Assembly (NCBI RefSeq): GCF_006345805.1
Contig: NC_042998.1
Location: 16,430,001-16,494,000 of the forward strand
Origin: Octopus sinensis
Lineage: Eukaryota
Length of the DNA: 64,000 bases
Direction of reading: 5' to 3'
The position numbers and the translations under genes are program-made. Shown in pieces: positions 39,037 through 52,370 of the stretch. Each line of letters opens with the position of its first letter. The stretch's first letter is position 1. The notes under the pieces were generated by a model that saw only the letters and a list, made by a program, of their open reading frames with translations, was not told the origin of the DNA and made no database searches.

Positions 39037-40708
39037 CTTATGCTTTCTTAATATATCCTAGTTTTGTTTGGTTGCATAGAATTGAAAATATACGTTATCC
39101 TGCGCCTTCTTTTTTTTTTTGCTTCTAAATGTCTAAGTTTTTCTAGTTTCCTTGAGAAACTTCATTTAGATTTTTGACATTAAAATAAAAGGGTTGAAAT
39201 AAAAAAGCCGGAAGGTCAGTCACTAAGAAATGGAATGTTTCTTGGGTACACGCTTTTTACATCTCATTGAAGATTGGTTTCCTTTACGTTGAGAACCACA
39301 TTGAGGAAATCCAAATTTGGAAGCTCATAAATTATACATAAACGCTTTATAATGCTTTGATTTTGTTCAAACTGTCACAGTATTTAATAAAACTCTTTAT
39401 AACTAGTTTTAAGTGTATGATCGAAACATTAAATCCGATACACCGAGATATAATAGTTCACTTAAGAGTAATCATAATTATTTTTAGTGATGCAGGATGA
39501 CTAAAGATTGTAAAGCAAAATGAGCATTTTTCCAAAGATCAAATGAAGTCTTTTAGAACAAAATTAAATAGGTACCTGTACGACAAGCAATATGTGGAAT
39601 ATGGTAGTTTTGAAATACTCTGCTCGGTTTTTACTGGGCACATACGGAAAAAATTATGCATTTAAATTTTAATGTTGAAAACATATTTTCAATACGAAAG
39701 TAATCTTTTACGATATTTTTAAATATACATATCAATGAATTCTGCCACAAGAGAAATTACGAGTATCTAGAAGACTAGGTAACTGTGTGCCTTGTTGGAT
39801 GAGCAGACGATTTGTCTCAGAAAAAAAGAAAATCGTCATTTACTTTTATAATCTTAAATGAATTCATCCTATCAGTTTCTTTCAATTTTTTCTACTCTTC
39901 TTTATTTATTTATTGAAGAAAAAAAAAGGAAACACTCAAACAACCGGAATGAAACTTATTTATTCATTTTTCTATTATGGCAGATAATAAAATAAATGTA
40001 GATTTGAAGATCGATATCCGTTATATCCTATTCATTGTAGGTCAGTTTTATTTGCTATAAACAGTTCTGGCGGACGTTTTATTTGCAAGAACTATTTTAA
40101 TTTCTTATTTGTATTTCATTAAAAGAAATGAATCAACTGGTGACCTGCTGGATAAAATTAATCATCTGCTGGTGCCATTATTTCTTTCAAACAATTAATT
40201 GAATATAATGACAACAGTGACATTGATGCGTAATATCTACGTTTATATTTGCCACATGTCTATGAAATCGCGATTAATAATTGCTCGTATTGTTCTCAAT
40301 TCATCTTTTCAAACAGATTCCATTAATGGACATTAAATAATTTTTTCTAGTCTCTCAAATTGTATTTACCTTCATCAAATGGTGTTTATTTCTAATATAA
40401 ATCATGTAACTCTAGGAAGGTATTTGACATGTATGAACTACAAACAATCAATAAAATACTATATAAACATTTTCCAGGTTAGAAAACACATAAAGCAATA
40501 AATTTTATGTTGATCGAGCATTCATTGCATGTACATATTTTAATGTTTATAACTGGATTTCCACAAGAAGAAAAAAAATCGTGAATATTATCTAATTGAA
40601 AGTGTAGCTACAGAATACCTTATGGCACTGTTTGAAATATAACGTAGTTAAATGAGTTTTGTTTCCTAAATAAATAGGTTTAAAATCTGTCATGGGTGCT
40701 TTTTGTAA

Positions 40709-41018
40709 GGCGGCGGGCTTGTAAAAGCGTTAGCATGCCGGGAGAAATGCTTAGCGGTACCAATTACGCACTGGGGTCAATATAATCGACTTAATCCGTT
40801 TGTCTGTTCTTGTTTGTCCGCTCTGTGTGTAGCCCCCTGTGAGCAGTAAAGAAATAGGTATTTCGTCTGCCGTTACGTCGCGAGTTCAAATTCCGCCGAT
40901 GTCGATTTTGCCTTCATTCTTTCGATGTCGATCAATTAAGTACCAGTCGCGTACTGGGGTCGATCTAATCGACTGACCCACCTCCCCCCAAATTTCGACC
41001 CTAGAGTAGAAAATAATA
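40709..41018 (+). mobile_element. Composite SINE M: older copy interrupted by the 3' half (40760-40856) of a younger M copy
   Basis: The head stops at ttagcggta, a young tail follows (ccaattacgcactggggtc...gtaaagaaata), then the old body resumes at ggtatttcgtctg. ggta occurs at both junctions. Confidence 0.8.
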
Positions 41019-41064
41019 TCGGTCCATTTTGTAATGTATATGAATGTATACATACATATGTACA

Positions 41065-41109
<45 letters not shown>

Positions 41110-41620
41110 ATATATATTTGTGTATGTGTGTCTGCGACTAGAGAGATAAATAGCAAATTCCCCAATTAAGGTGAATATCATTCTATGTGTATCATTTCTT
41201 ACATTATAAGATTTTATCCGTTTGTTTATTGCATTTACACTGTTATCATGTTGCAGTTTATTACATTCAGTATCGAATCATAGACAATTTATGTTCATAT
41301 ATTACCAAAAAATCCTGGTCACTGACACCACTTATGTTTAATTATATGACTCAGATGAAAACCCCAATAAAATTACTTTCATAGATAATGTGAATGTTAA
41401 AAGATATATACTTCTGAACTTGAAAATATTATTTATAACGTTACTAAATGTATATGTATGACGCTTAATATTTCATTAAATGCATCGCTATTCATAGCGG
41501 CAGCTCTGTGAAAGAAAGCCTATGAACAAATATATTCCAACCTTGATAATCTATTCTGTTTTAAATATGTCGTAGTCATTTCTCTTCTGTTTGCTTGTTC
41601 TTTTTTTTTTTTTTTTGCAG

Positions 41621-41858
41621 GATATCAAAATACCGACAGCATGTGTTGTTTGATACTTTGTGAACACTGTAAAGGCTGTAAGGTGTGACGTTCAGAGAGA
41701 AAATTGGGATTACGAAGCCTTGTCCAGCAGGAGGAGCCACAGCAAGCATTCTGACTGCGTCCAAAAGCTGGAATTCATCCAGCAAATGAAGAACAGGTCC
41801 GTAGGCTCAATTCAAATGGTTGTGAGATGCTACTAAAGATGCAATCAATTCCTGGCTC
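41621..41858 (+). other. Exon-like GC-richer block after a very strong acceptor; coding status unresolved
   Basis: 40-nt pyrimidine tract ending T16-gcag at 41620. Donors AG|GTCCGT (41797) and CTC|GTGAGT (41859). Every frame has a stop; frame 1 has a single TGA (41651-41653) before the first donor. Confidence 0.45.
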
Positions 41859-42010
41859 GTGAGTATTGCTGCTGCAAGGCGATATGTGTGGCAGCGTGAT
41901 CTACGCCTTGCCAATATTAACAACTAAACCACGAGCCTACACACACACACACGTACACATACACATTCACTCTGTCTTTCTCTCTCACACACACACATAG
42001 TATGCGTGTA

Positions 42011-42060
<50 letters not shown>

Positions 42061-42067
42061 ATATATA

Positions 42068-42235
42068 TGGAGAATTCACAAAAAACAAACTACGAAGACA
42101 GTATCAGTTTAACGCCTCGGGAAGTGAAAAAAATGAAAAGTTTCGAGCCTACGCCCTTCTACAGGAAGAAACAGAAAGAAGCAAGGAGGAAAAAAATTTT
42201 GAATGGGTAGTGACTAGCGAATTATCATGGCGAAT

Positions 42236-42238
<3 letters not shown>
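42068..42238 (-). mobile_element. Solo PLE pseudo-LTR (family A) embedded in (TA)n on both sides, with a damaged HHR at 42136-42170
   Basis: Minus strand CUGUAGA-A-GGGC(GUAG)GCUC-GAAA-C; the end gagaattcac matches gagaatttac at 3111. Confidence 0.78.
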
Positions 42239-42311
<73 letters not shown>

Positions 42312-42481
42312 TATGCGTGTGTGTATATGTGTGTGTGTGTGTGTTTGTGTTGTAAGTATGTATATATATTCTGACACAAAACTGTCCGAGGAACGGGACC
42401 GTGAACTAAGTAGAAGTTATTGCGATGTGTTCGCTGCTTTAATTAATGAAGTATATATATGTATGTATATATATCTATATC

Positions 42482-42559
<78 letters not shown>

Positions 42560-43198
42560 AGAGAGAATGAGAGAGAGTGAAATGTGCGTGCGCGTGTGTT
42601 TGTGTGTATGTGTGTGTATGTACGACTATGTGTGTGTGTGTGTGTGTAGTCAACAGATCAGATTCAGACGTGGTGAATATAGAAAATACTTTGTAGCGCT
42701 TCAATGATTTGAACTCCCACTCCGAAATCTTTATCGAGAACTAAGTCCGAGGAGCAAAGTGTGTCTATAGGAAGAGACTATCTGAGCAAAAATGGAAATA
42801 ATGATGTCAATATGCTGATAATGATGCAAATATACAAAGGGAAATTTATTTATTTTTCCATCCTGAAAACGGATTCGGATTTGCCAAATGTCGCTTTCAT
42901 TCTACTACTCTTTGCATATCTTTGACAAATTTATAACTAAATCAGCCAACATTATAATGTAATCCCGACCCTCTGAAAAATAGCTCTCAAACCAGTAGTA
43001 CCATAGCTTATCCTCTTAATTCCTTAAATCTTAGTAACCTGTGTAAGAATGTGTTTTAATATGTAAATATCTATATATTTGTGCATGAATTTTTACCGTT
43101 TGAATAATTTCAGTCTTATGTCTCTACTTTCTGATCTATACTTTTATGTATGTTGCATAAAATCAGCACGAGCGGTACTATTTGCGTATTTGAATCAT

Positions 43199-43199
<1 letters not shown>

Positions 43200-43281
<82 letters not shown>

Positions 43282-43289
43282 TATATGTA

Positions 43290-43320
<31 letters not shown>

Positions 43321-43325
43321 CAGTA

Positions 43326-43404
<79 letters not shown>

Positions 43405-43448
43405 GAGAGAAAGAGGGAAGGAAAAGCGAGAGAAAGAGATAGATATAG

Positions 43449-43479
<31 letters not shown>

Positions 43480-43480
43480 T
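43200..43480. repeat. (TA)n followed by (GA)n/(GATA)n
   Basis: Direct reading. Confidence 0.95.
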
Positions 43481-44710
43481 AGAGAGAGCTAGAAGGATGA
43501 CAGAGAGATGAGTCAATGTAAAAATATAAGATACAATGAAGTGATTGGTATATAGATACCAATAACTCCATTATCTAATATTCGGACGTAGCAATACATT
43601 GTAACGTATAATGTGCTGGGATTTCAACTAAATAAGTTCATAGGAAAAAGTAATAAATACAACAGAGTACGTATTGAATGCATATTCTTAAACTATTGTA
43701 ACTTCTTCTCCTTTCTGAAGTTGCAACATGAAATTGCGTTGCATTGTATTATACACAGAGAAAGTTAATTGAAGTAATTAAATTTTGCGCAATAAGAGGT
43801 TTACACCCAGGTCAAAATCATTACCATTCTGGAGGCAATTTTTCGCAACGTTTGGCAGGAACAACTGAAGACGTATAGAGACCAGGAGGAAGAAAAAAGA
43901 AGTCTGAACGTTACTTAAGAAAGAGGTCGAAATGGCAAATTTCTTTTAAATGCTTTATGCTTAATAGAAAGGCTTAAAGGTTTCGAGTCTGCCAACTGGC
44001 TGTAACTGCTGAAATAGGAGCCAATAGGCTGGTAGCCAATATACAATACGTAATACCTGCACGGTTTTATAACAGTGTGAGATTTCATGAAGTTTGCGCT
44101 GAAGTATGATTAAACTTAATACAATGTTTTGTCGTTCAAGTAGACCTCACAGGGAAATACAATGAAAAGCAATATTTCTGCAATATACAAAATTAATTAT
44201 AGTCTTAAACAATATATACTCGATAGCCAAAAGTTCTATCATTCGTACAAGTTTATAACCAAATATTTGTGCGTATGAAATGAGATTTTGATATCACAAG
44301 TAATCATAATTCCCACCTCTCTCTACTTTTGGCCTTCTTCCCCAAGAGATATCTGAACATATTTCTATATTTTCTTTATACGCATGTATGCATGTATATT
44401 TACACAGACAATTCCTTCGTTCATCCATGTGTGTGAGTGGGAGCTGTATGCCAAGAAGCTTGCTTCCAAATCACAGGGCTACGGGTTAAGGCCTACGAAG
44501 TGACACTTGGGCACATGTCCTGGGATTGGATTCGAAAACTGAAAGAGGCGCAGGAGTGGCTGTGTGGTAAGTAGCTTGCTACCTAACCACATGGTTCCGG
44601 GTTCAGTCCCATTGCGTGGCATCTTAGGCAAGTGTCTTCTGCTATAGCCCCGGGGCGACCAATTCCTTGTGAGTGGATTTGGTAGACGGAAACTGAAAGA
44701 AGCCTGTCGT

Positions 44711-44749
<39 letters not shown>

Positions 44750-45743
44750 GACGGGAAGCTTTATGAAAATAGACAAAAGACGAAGGCAAGTGGAAAACAA
44801 AAAACAATGTATTAGTATGGCGCTCAGGAAATATAAATAAAACAAGTCTTTCGTTTCGAGCCTACGCTCTTCAACAGAAAGATACACAGAGAAAAAAAAA
44901 CACAGAAAGAAGGAGAGAAAAAAAATGCGTGGAGTAACTAACGAATCAACATGGCGATCTGATTTCGGCAGAAGTCAGATCAAACATGGACGCGAGAGCG
45001 ACGAAATTAGGGGAGGTAATAGGGTTGAATGACCAGCTCCGACATAAGGGTGTTGTGTGTGTGTGTGTGTGTGTATGAGAGAGTATTAGTGTCGTATGAG
45101 AGGTCTGGACGTGTGTATGTATAGAGTTGGTGTATGTATTAGTATGTATTAGTTGGTGTATGTATTAGTATGGCACATCATATATGATGTGAGTGTAAAG
45201 TCGTTGTGGTGTAGTGTTGGAGAGAGGAGAAAGAGGAGAAGAGGGGCGGAGGGGAGGGGAGGGGGATGGGGGGAGAGAGAGGGGGAGAGAGCGGAGGGAA
45301 GAAGGAAGGGGATGAGGATGGTAGGAGGAAGGAGGAAAAAGGGAGAGGGAGAGGAGAAGAGAGAAGGGGAGTGAGGAGCAGAGGGAAGGGAAGAGGGAGG
45401 AGGGAGGGAAAAGAGGGAAGAAGGGAAGAGGAGTAGGGGTGAAGGATGAAGGACTGAAGAAGTAGGGGTCGGGGGAAAGTAGTAGGTGAGGAGGGGAGAG
45501 GGGGGTTAGATCAGGAGGGGGGAGAGAGTTGAGACCAAATTGGCGTATAAGAGCGAAGAGAGAAGATATTATTGTTCACGGCGCAAACGGGAATCCGGAT
45601 GGCCTCTGTGTAGGACAAACCGAAAACAGATAGGTGTTGCAAGGAGTGACCGGTGGAGCGGAAATGGCGTGAGACCGGTGTGTCGTTCGCTAGGTGGATG
45701 TCACGAAGGTTGTTCGCGAACCGGTCAGCCAACCGGCGTCCGG
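44750..45743 (-). mobile_element. PLE 3' fragment: GIY-YIG endonuclease C-terminus, 3' UTR and pseudo-LTR
   Basis: ORF 45511-45732 (R)LADRFANNLRDIHLANDTPVSRHFRSTGHSLQHLSVFGL matches the PLE pattern RF.EHLRDI....PV..HF...GH; HHR at 44845-44882. Confidence 0.88.
44845..44882 (-). ncRNA. Minimal hammerhead motif, family A, lacking the UA cleavage dinucleotide
   Basis: UCUUU-CUGUUGA-A-GAGC(GUAG)GCUC-GAAA-CG-AAAGA. Confidence 0.65.
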
Positions 45744-45979
45744 CTGTGTTGTGTTGTGTGTGTTGTGTGTCTGTGTTTGTCCCCCTAGCATTGCTTGACA
45801 GCCGATGCTGGTTGTGTTAGTCCCCGTCACCTAGCGGTTCGGCAAAAGAGACCGATAACTAAGTACTGGGCTTACAAAGAATAAGTCCCGGGGTCGATTT
45901 GATCGACTAAAGGCGGTGCTCCAGCATGGCCGCAGTCAAATGACTGAAACAAGTAAAAGAGTAAAGAGTAAGCGCATCG

Positions 45980-46028
<49 letters not shown>

Positions 46029-46029
46029 A

Positions 46030-46205
46030 TTCTATTCTTTTACTCTATTATTCCATTAATGTTTCAGTCATATGACTGCGGACATGCTGGAGCATCGCCT
46101 TTATTTGAACAAATAAACCGAAGGGCATTTGTTGTAAGCCTAGTACTTATTCAATCGGTCTCATTTGCCGAACCGCTATTGTGCGGGGATGTAAACACAC
46201 CAACA
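46030..46205 (-). mobile_element. Diverged 3' half of SINE family K
   Basis: tgtttcagtcatatgactgcggacatgctggagcatcgccttta...gtaagcctagtacttattcaatcggtctc. Confidence 0.8.
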
Positions 46206-46323
46206 TATCTAAAACAGAATGGGTTATAAAGGGTGGAATATATTTGGTCATAGGCTTTCTTTCACAGACAAATATATATATATATATATACACACACATA
46301 AATATATATATATATATGTGTGT

Positions 46324-46373
<50 letters not shown>

Positions 46374-46856
46374 TGTGTGTGTGTGTGCGTGTGCATGCTT
46401 GCGTGTGTGGTTTTGTGCGAGTATTTATACATAATTTTTTTACTGTTATACCTAATTAACTTGCATCGCAATCTTAATATTCCAGTCGTTATGTACAATT
46501 TAATCTTATTCTGCTCAAGGGAGGAGGAACACTTGACTTTACTCCCATACATGTATGTTGGCTTTCACGTTGGTATTTTTGTTTCTTATATACTCTTTAC
46601 CTTTTAACTTTTATTTACTTCACTCACACCTTGGCCATGCTGGTGTATGACCTTGATAAATTTTTGTGGAATGAATGGATTCCAATCCTTTTTATGAAGG
46701 CTGGTATTTATTCTCTTTTTCCAACACTTAGCAGTTTTGAAGACCCCGTCAGCTTGGTAGTATCCGTATGTAATGCTTTCAACGGTAACACTTGCATCTG
46801 CAAGTTTTTACACCATTATATATATACATACAACATACATACACAAACACACATAC

Positions 46857-46888
<32 letters not shown>

Positions 46889-46906
46889 ATATATTATATA
46901 TATATA

Positions 46907-46945
<39 letters not shown>

Positions 46946-46949
46946 ATAT

Positions 46950-48150
46950 CTCTTCCAAAAAACTATCCAACATTGGTGTCTCTGGAAAGTTACTGAAATG
47001 GATTAAGTGTTTCCTGACAGACAGATCTCAACATGTTGTAGTTGAAGGGGTAAAATCAAGCCAGCCAAAGTCAGTAGTGGCGTTCCGCAAGGCACTGTGC
47101 TGGGCCCACTTCTTTTCATCATTTACATTAATGACATTAATGACATCATCAAGCACAGCCAACATAAAAATCTTTGCAGATGACTCCAAGCTACAGAAGG
47201 TCATAAAGAGGCGAGTGACCGGACATGCCTTAGTCAGATCTACTGGCTGTTATCCAATGGGCAGAAAAAAAACAATATGCTGCTGAACGAGGATAAATTT
47301 GAGCTAATCCACTTTGGAAAAGAGGATGCCCTGAAAATCCCATACTCCCTTCCTTCAGGTGAAACTCTCGCGGCGTCCAACAACATCAGAGGACTTGGGG
47401 AGTAGTTTGTGGACAACAACGTAAGCTGGGCCACTCATATAAACACCCAAAGTTGAAGGCATGGCCGCCGAATGTGTTCTGGATTCTCAGAACTTTCCAG
47501 TCGAGAGATATCCACACCATTATCCTTCTCTTCTCCACTTTTGCCCCGACCCCACCTTGAATACTGCTGTCCACTGTGGTCTCCCCACACAATACAAGGA
47601 TCATAAAGTTGAAGCACCTCAAAGGCAATCACAAAAAAGATAGATGGCATGACAGGGCCTCGACTATTGGGGTCGACTAGAAAAGCTAAAACTCTATTCT
47701 CTCCAACGTCGTCGTGAGCGCTACATCATCTGCATGATGTGGAAAATATTCCATCAGCATTGCCCAAATGATGTTGGCATCACCTTTAAGGTACATCCAA
47801 GCTTGGGCCCCGTGCCATCCGCCCAAAACAAAATCGCACTCTCATCTCATAACAACAATACGGCACAATTATTTCACCTCAATTGGCCCCGCTCTCTTTA
47901 ACATTACACCAAAACACATTAAAACAGAAACTGACCCTATAGGGTTCAAGAAGTCTTTGGACAGATTCCTTCAAGAAATCCCGGATAAACCCCCTACACC
48001 CGGACATGTCTCTGTAAACAATAACTCTCTACTTGAGTGGGCCATAGTGCCAAAATTCTGACTTGAAAGACTTCACCAGGTGGTGCTATTAAGTTAGACA
48101 TGGCCTGGGCCAATAATGGCCGAAACCTATCAAAGTATCAAAGTATCAAA

Positions 48151-48152
<2 letters not shown>
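46950..48152 (+). mobile_element. 5'-truncated CR1/L2-clade LINE (RT core to 3' end) with (TATCAAAG)3 tail
   Basis: [84 protein letters not shown]; 8-bp tandem tail at 48129-48152. Confidence 0.93.
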
Positions 48153-48207
<55 letters not shown>

Positions 48208-48828
48208 CTACAGCATACTACAGCAACCTCGACACAGAAAAGTGATATCTGCCATATCTTCTGGCTGCAATCTTGCAGAGAGCCTCATAACTGGCACGCT
48301 TCCGTCATATACCTCATCATATCCCTTCCCCACGAGGCTGTTCATTTCTTTAGCCCCTATTCTATAAGATTTCACCTTATTAATAATATCCCAGCCAAGT
48401 AAATATATTTTGTTACAATCTCTCAGTGACTAAATTCATTTTCTGAAGCTCGTATAATATTTCTTGTCTCTATCTCTGAAAGAATTCTCATGGTATGCTA
48501 CTCTCGTTTAATCAAACGTGGGCTTGCACATATACAGAAATACTTTTTGCCTTCTGATGTAAATTTGAACCTGTAACACCATTTTTCATTTTACATCCGA
48601 GGTTTAAAGGACATTGTCTATTCCTTAAGCAACTGTAGATATTGGTACTTCTAAATCTATTAATATATCTTATGTTAGTTTCATCATAACATATTTCACC
48701 TATGTTCTAGGTTACTTCTGCTATTCCCATTCTTGACATTTTGGGTACTGTACTTTCTAGACTTCTTCTCTTCCTCATCTTGAGCTTGTTACGGTTTCAA
48801 TATGAAATATATTTGTCATCTCACAACA

Positions 48829-48877
<49 letters not shown>

Positions 48878-48953
48878 GTTAATCCAAACATGAAAACACA
48901 AAGAGGAAACACAACAACGCGAGGACGTAGAACAAGTATACTGTTATTGGACG

Positions 48954-49029
<76 letters not shown>

Positions 49030-49037
<8 letters not shown>

Positions 49038-49425
49038 GTAAGTAGCTTGTCTACCAACCACATGGTTCCGGGTTCAGTCCCACTGCGTGGCACCTTGGGC
49101 ATGTGTCTTCTACTATAGCGTCGGGCCGACCAAAGCCTTGTGAGTGGATTTGGTAGACGGAAAGTGAAAGAAGCCCGTCGTATATATGTGTACATATATA
49201 TATGCGTGTGTGTGTTTGTGTGTCTGTGTTTGTCCCCTAGCATTGCTTGACAACCGTTGCTGGTGTGTTTACGTCCCCGTAACTTAGCGGTTCGGCAAAA
49301 GAGACCGATAGAATAAGTAATGGGCTTACAAAATATAAGTCCCGGGGTCGAGTTGCTCGATTAAAGGCGGTGCTCCAACATGGCCGCAGTCAAATGACTG
49401 AAACAAGTAAAAGAGTAAAAGAGTA
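49030..49425 (+). mobile_element. SINE family K, near full length
   Basis: Head, internal (TA)(TG) repeat, tail ending aagagtaaaagagta. Confidence 0.93.
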
Positions 49426-49489
49426 TAAAAAATTATATACTAATAGAACTATAGATATAGAAATACACATATACTGAAATTCAGGTAGA

Positions 49490-49660
<171 letters not shown>

Positions 49661-50727
49661 GCATACATATAGACATATTTGTGGCTGTCTGTAGATTATA
49701 TTAGGATCGTATTTACGAAATGTAAATGTGTGTTACGAAAAGTACCGTCACGTACCTTGTAATTGATATCAGATGCAGTCGAAATATTTGATTCATGCAA
49801 CAACTGTTACCTCATACATTAAGTTTTCTAGTTCAGAAAGTATATTTTCTAATTCAGAAAGTGTTAAAAAAGAAATTTTAGAATGCATGTCCCATTTCCT
49901 TTAACTTCTTTGCAAGAAAGGGATGATTAAATGACTGTGAAAAATTAAATGTAATTTAAAATTTTTAAATAAATTGTATATGTACATATTGCTATAAATT
50001 CAAATATTCTAAATTCGCATGTTAAAATAATAACTGCTAGCTTAATAACGGGAAACGTATGTAGATATATTATTTCAATCACGTTTCTGTGTAACATAAT
50101 TAAAATCATATAAATAAATCATGAAATACCTTATAATCCTGTTTATTGAAAAATATTTCTCGTAATTATATCATTAGTATTCAAACTAAAGCTGAAGTAT
50201 ACATTTTTAATTGGAATGATTCTGTGGTGCCGCTTATTTAGATGGTCGCGTTTTGCATTTTATTTTATCAAATTTTGTGAAACGTAATGAATAGAATTAG
50301 GCACGTAAATTCATTTTAAGAAAATTGAAGAGTACATCACGTGGATTACAGCGCCACATAGTTTATTTTACGTCACCGAAATAGGAAACAGGACGCAAAA
50401 GCTGGTTTAACTCAACTGCATAATGAACTAACGCAGATTGCTTTAACGAAGACGCGAGAAAGATCATAGTTGTACCCTGAAATTTTTTGAGAAGTTACCA
50501 TACAGTTTGATCCCGCGGGATATTACTTATTGGATGGTTCCTGCACAATCGAATTTATACTGCTTATACATAGATATATGATCGCTTAGATACATTTAGA
50601 CACACATACTCCAATCGTATATGTATTCATGCGTTTGCCAAACTGTCTGATCATCAACAGGTGTTCTTTTTCACTTCATAAATAGACATTTCTCCAAAAG
50701 CACATGCAGTAAATGTCTCAGACAATT

Positions 50728-50769
50728 GTACTATCATTATTATTATTATTAGTAGTAGTAGTAGTAGTA

Positions 50770-50821
<52 letters not shown>

Positions 50822-50893
50822 AAGTATTAGTAGTAGTAGCAGTAGCAGTAGTAGTAGTAGTAGTAGTTGTAGTAGTAGTAATATTAGTAGTAA

Positions 50894-50936
<43 letters not shown>

Positions 50937-51000
50937 GGTGAAAGTAGTAGTAATAGTAGTAGTTGTTGTTGTTGTTGTAGTAGTCGCAGTAGTAGTACTA
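50728..51000. repeat. (ATT)n followed by about 250 bp of degenerate (TAG)n/(TGG)n/(TTG)n trinucleotide array
   Basis: Direct reading; source of the poly-Val/poly-Thr ORFs. Confidence 0.95.
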
Positions 51001-51359
51001 GAAGAAATCAGGTGTGCTATTGTGGTTTCAAATAGTTTCAAGAATTTATGACTTTAAACAATATGAAATTCTAACGCAGACTTCTGAACACTTATCGCCA
51101 AAAGAAGCGTCTTGCTGTTAATAGTAGCATAGCTGCTGGTGCTATTATTATTATTTTTTTTTAGATAAACGCATTGTACTGCGCAAATAGTTAAAATGCG
51201 AAACAGAGATATATAATGAAGTATATCTTGACTGAAAATATTTTAAATAGGAATTATCCATGCGTGATGCACACACACACACACACACATGATTGCAGGA
51301 ATTATTCTGAACGTTTCTGATTGAAAGCACGCCACAGAATATATATATATATATAAAAA

Positions 51360-51487
<128 letters not shown>

Positions 51488-51626
51488 TGTGTCTGTGTGT
51501 GTGTGTGTGGGGGTGTAATAAATTAGAACAAACAGTAAAAATGTGTCCTTATAGTACTCGGGGTTTCGAATGTCGGAACGAAAAGCTACGATGTCTCTTG
51601 TCGAGATATCATTCTTATGTTGTTAC

Positions 51627-51687
<61 letters not shown>

Positions 51688-51830
51688 CATTATTATTATC
51701 ATTATCATTATTTATTTATCATCATTATATATATATATATATATGTACATTTCCTTGATAGAAAATTCAACAAAAACTAAAAAGTACTCCATTTCATTTA
51801 TCTAAAAGACACAACACATTTCTTTCAGTG

Positions 51831-51880
51831 CTACTAAGCGTTTCATACGTTGAAAAATCCCAGACATTATCATCAGGTAG
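51831..51880 (-). ncRNA. Type I hammerhead motif, family C
   Basis: CUAC-CUGAUGA-UAAUG..CGUAU-GAAA-CGCU-UA/GUAG. Canonical core, 4-bp stem I; ACGCUU is one change from the palindrome ACGCGU. Confidence 0.7.
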
Positions 51881-52229
51881 AAACCACATATCTTAGCAAA
51901 TTAAAAAGATGAATAAAAGCAAAACTGCGAAAGCAGCATATAGAAAACGTGGAAGGTATATATGCATATGTAATTTAGATTCAGTTGAATTGGTGCTTAA
52001 ATTGAGGCACCTTGTTAGAACGAACTAATTTGCACGCTCAGACAATACCATCTGAGTATCAAACAATACGCAGAATTTACCCTGCTATTCTTGCAATGTC
52101 TGCAGATAGCACGATCTAACTTAAATCCTCCCTTGTTTGTTCAGACATGTACTTTATATAAAGATGCTTTCCATAATTTTTCTGAAGTTGAGATTCTAAT
52201 GTAGAGGAGTAAATTATAAACGAGTAACA

Positions 52230-52370
52230 ATGATATGTAAATGTCAATCCATTACGGCCGTTTCGAGTGACCCCTTTAATTGATCAATGAACGCATTACG
52301 TCATTAACAAGAAATCTTTTGCATGAGATGACTGCATATACATCAAGCAGATATTCAAACATATTCATAT
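52230..52370 (-). repeat. Family B PLE-like terminus with hammerhead-like motif (52243-52335)
   Basis: GCAGUCAU-CUCAUGC-[insert]-CACUC-GAAA-CGGCCG-UA-AUGGAUUGAC. Confidence 0.65.

Larger units (their letters stand above)
44550..45970 (+). mobile_element. SINE family K (head 44550-44709, tail 45765-45970) split by a PLE inserted in its internal microsatellite; an older head relic lies at 44430-44548
   Basis: Head and tail match 49030-49425; the intervening 1 kb is PLE. Confidence 0.88.

Noticed and set aside
40370-40411. 42-nt minus-strand micro-exon candidate SYMIYIRNKHHLMK
   Set aside because: Splice-like sites of this quality arise by chance in 64 kb, and there is no supporting minus-strand exon.
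43811-43918. Protein-like frame VKIITILEAIFRNVWQEQLKTYRDQEEEK
   Set aside because: Weak acceptor, a stop after 35 codons and no good donor; could equally be a LINE ORF1 relic.
48100-48135. GGCC-aataat-GGCC-GAAAC resembling half a hammerhead
   Set aside because: No CUGANGA core; it is the 3' stem-loop region of the CR1/L2 LINE.
50713-51051. Poly-Val and poly-Thr (mucin-like) ORFs
   Set aside because: Both strands of one (TAG)n array; no splice signals or unique flanking coding sequence.
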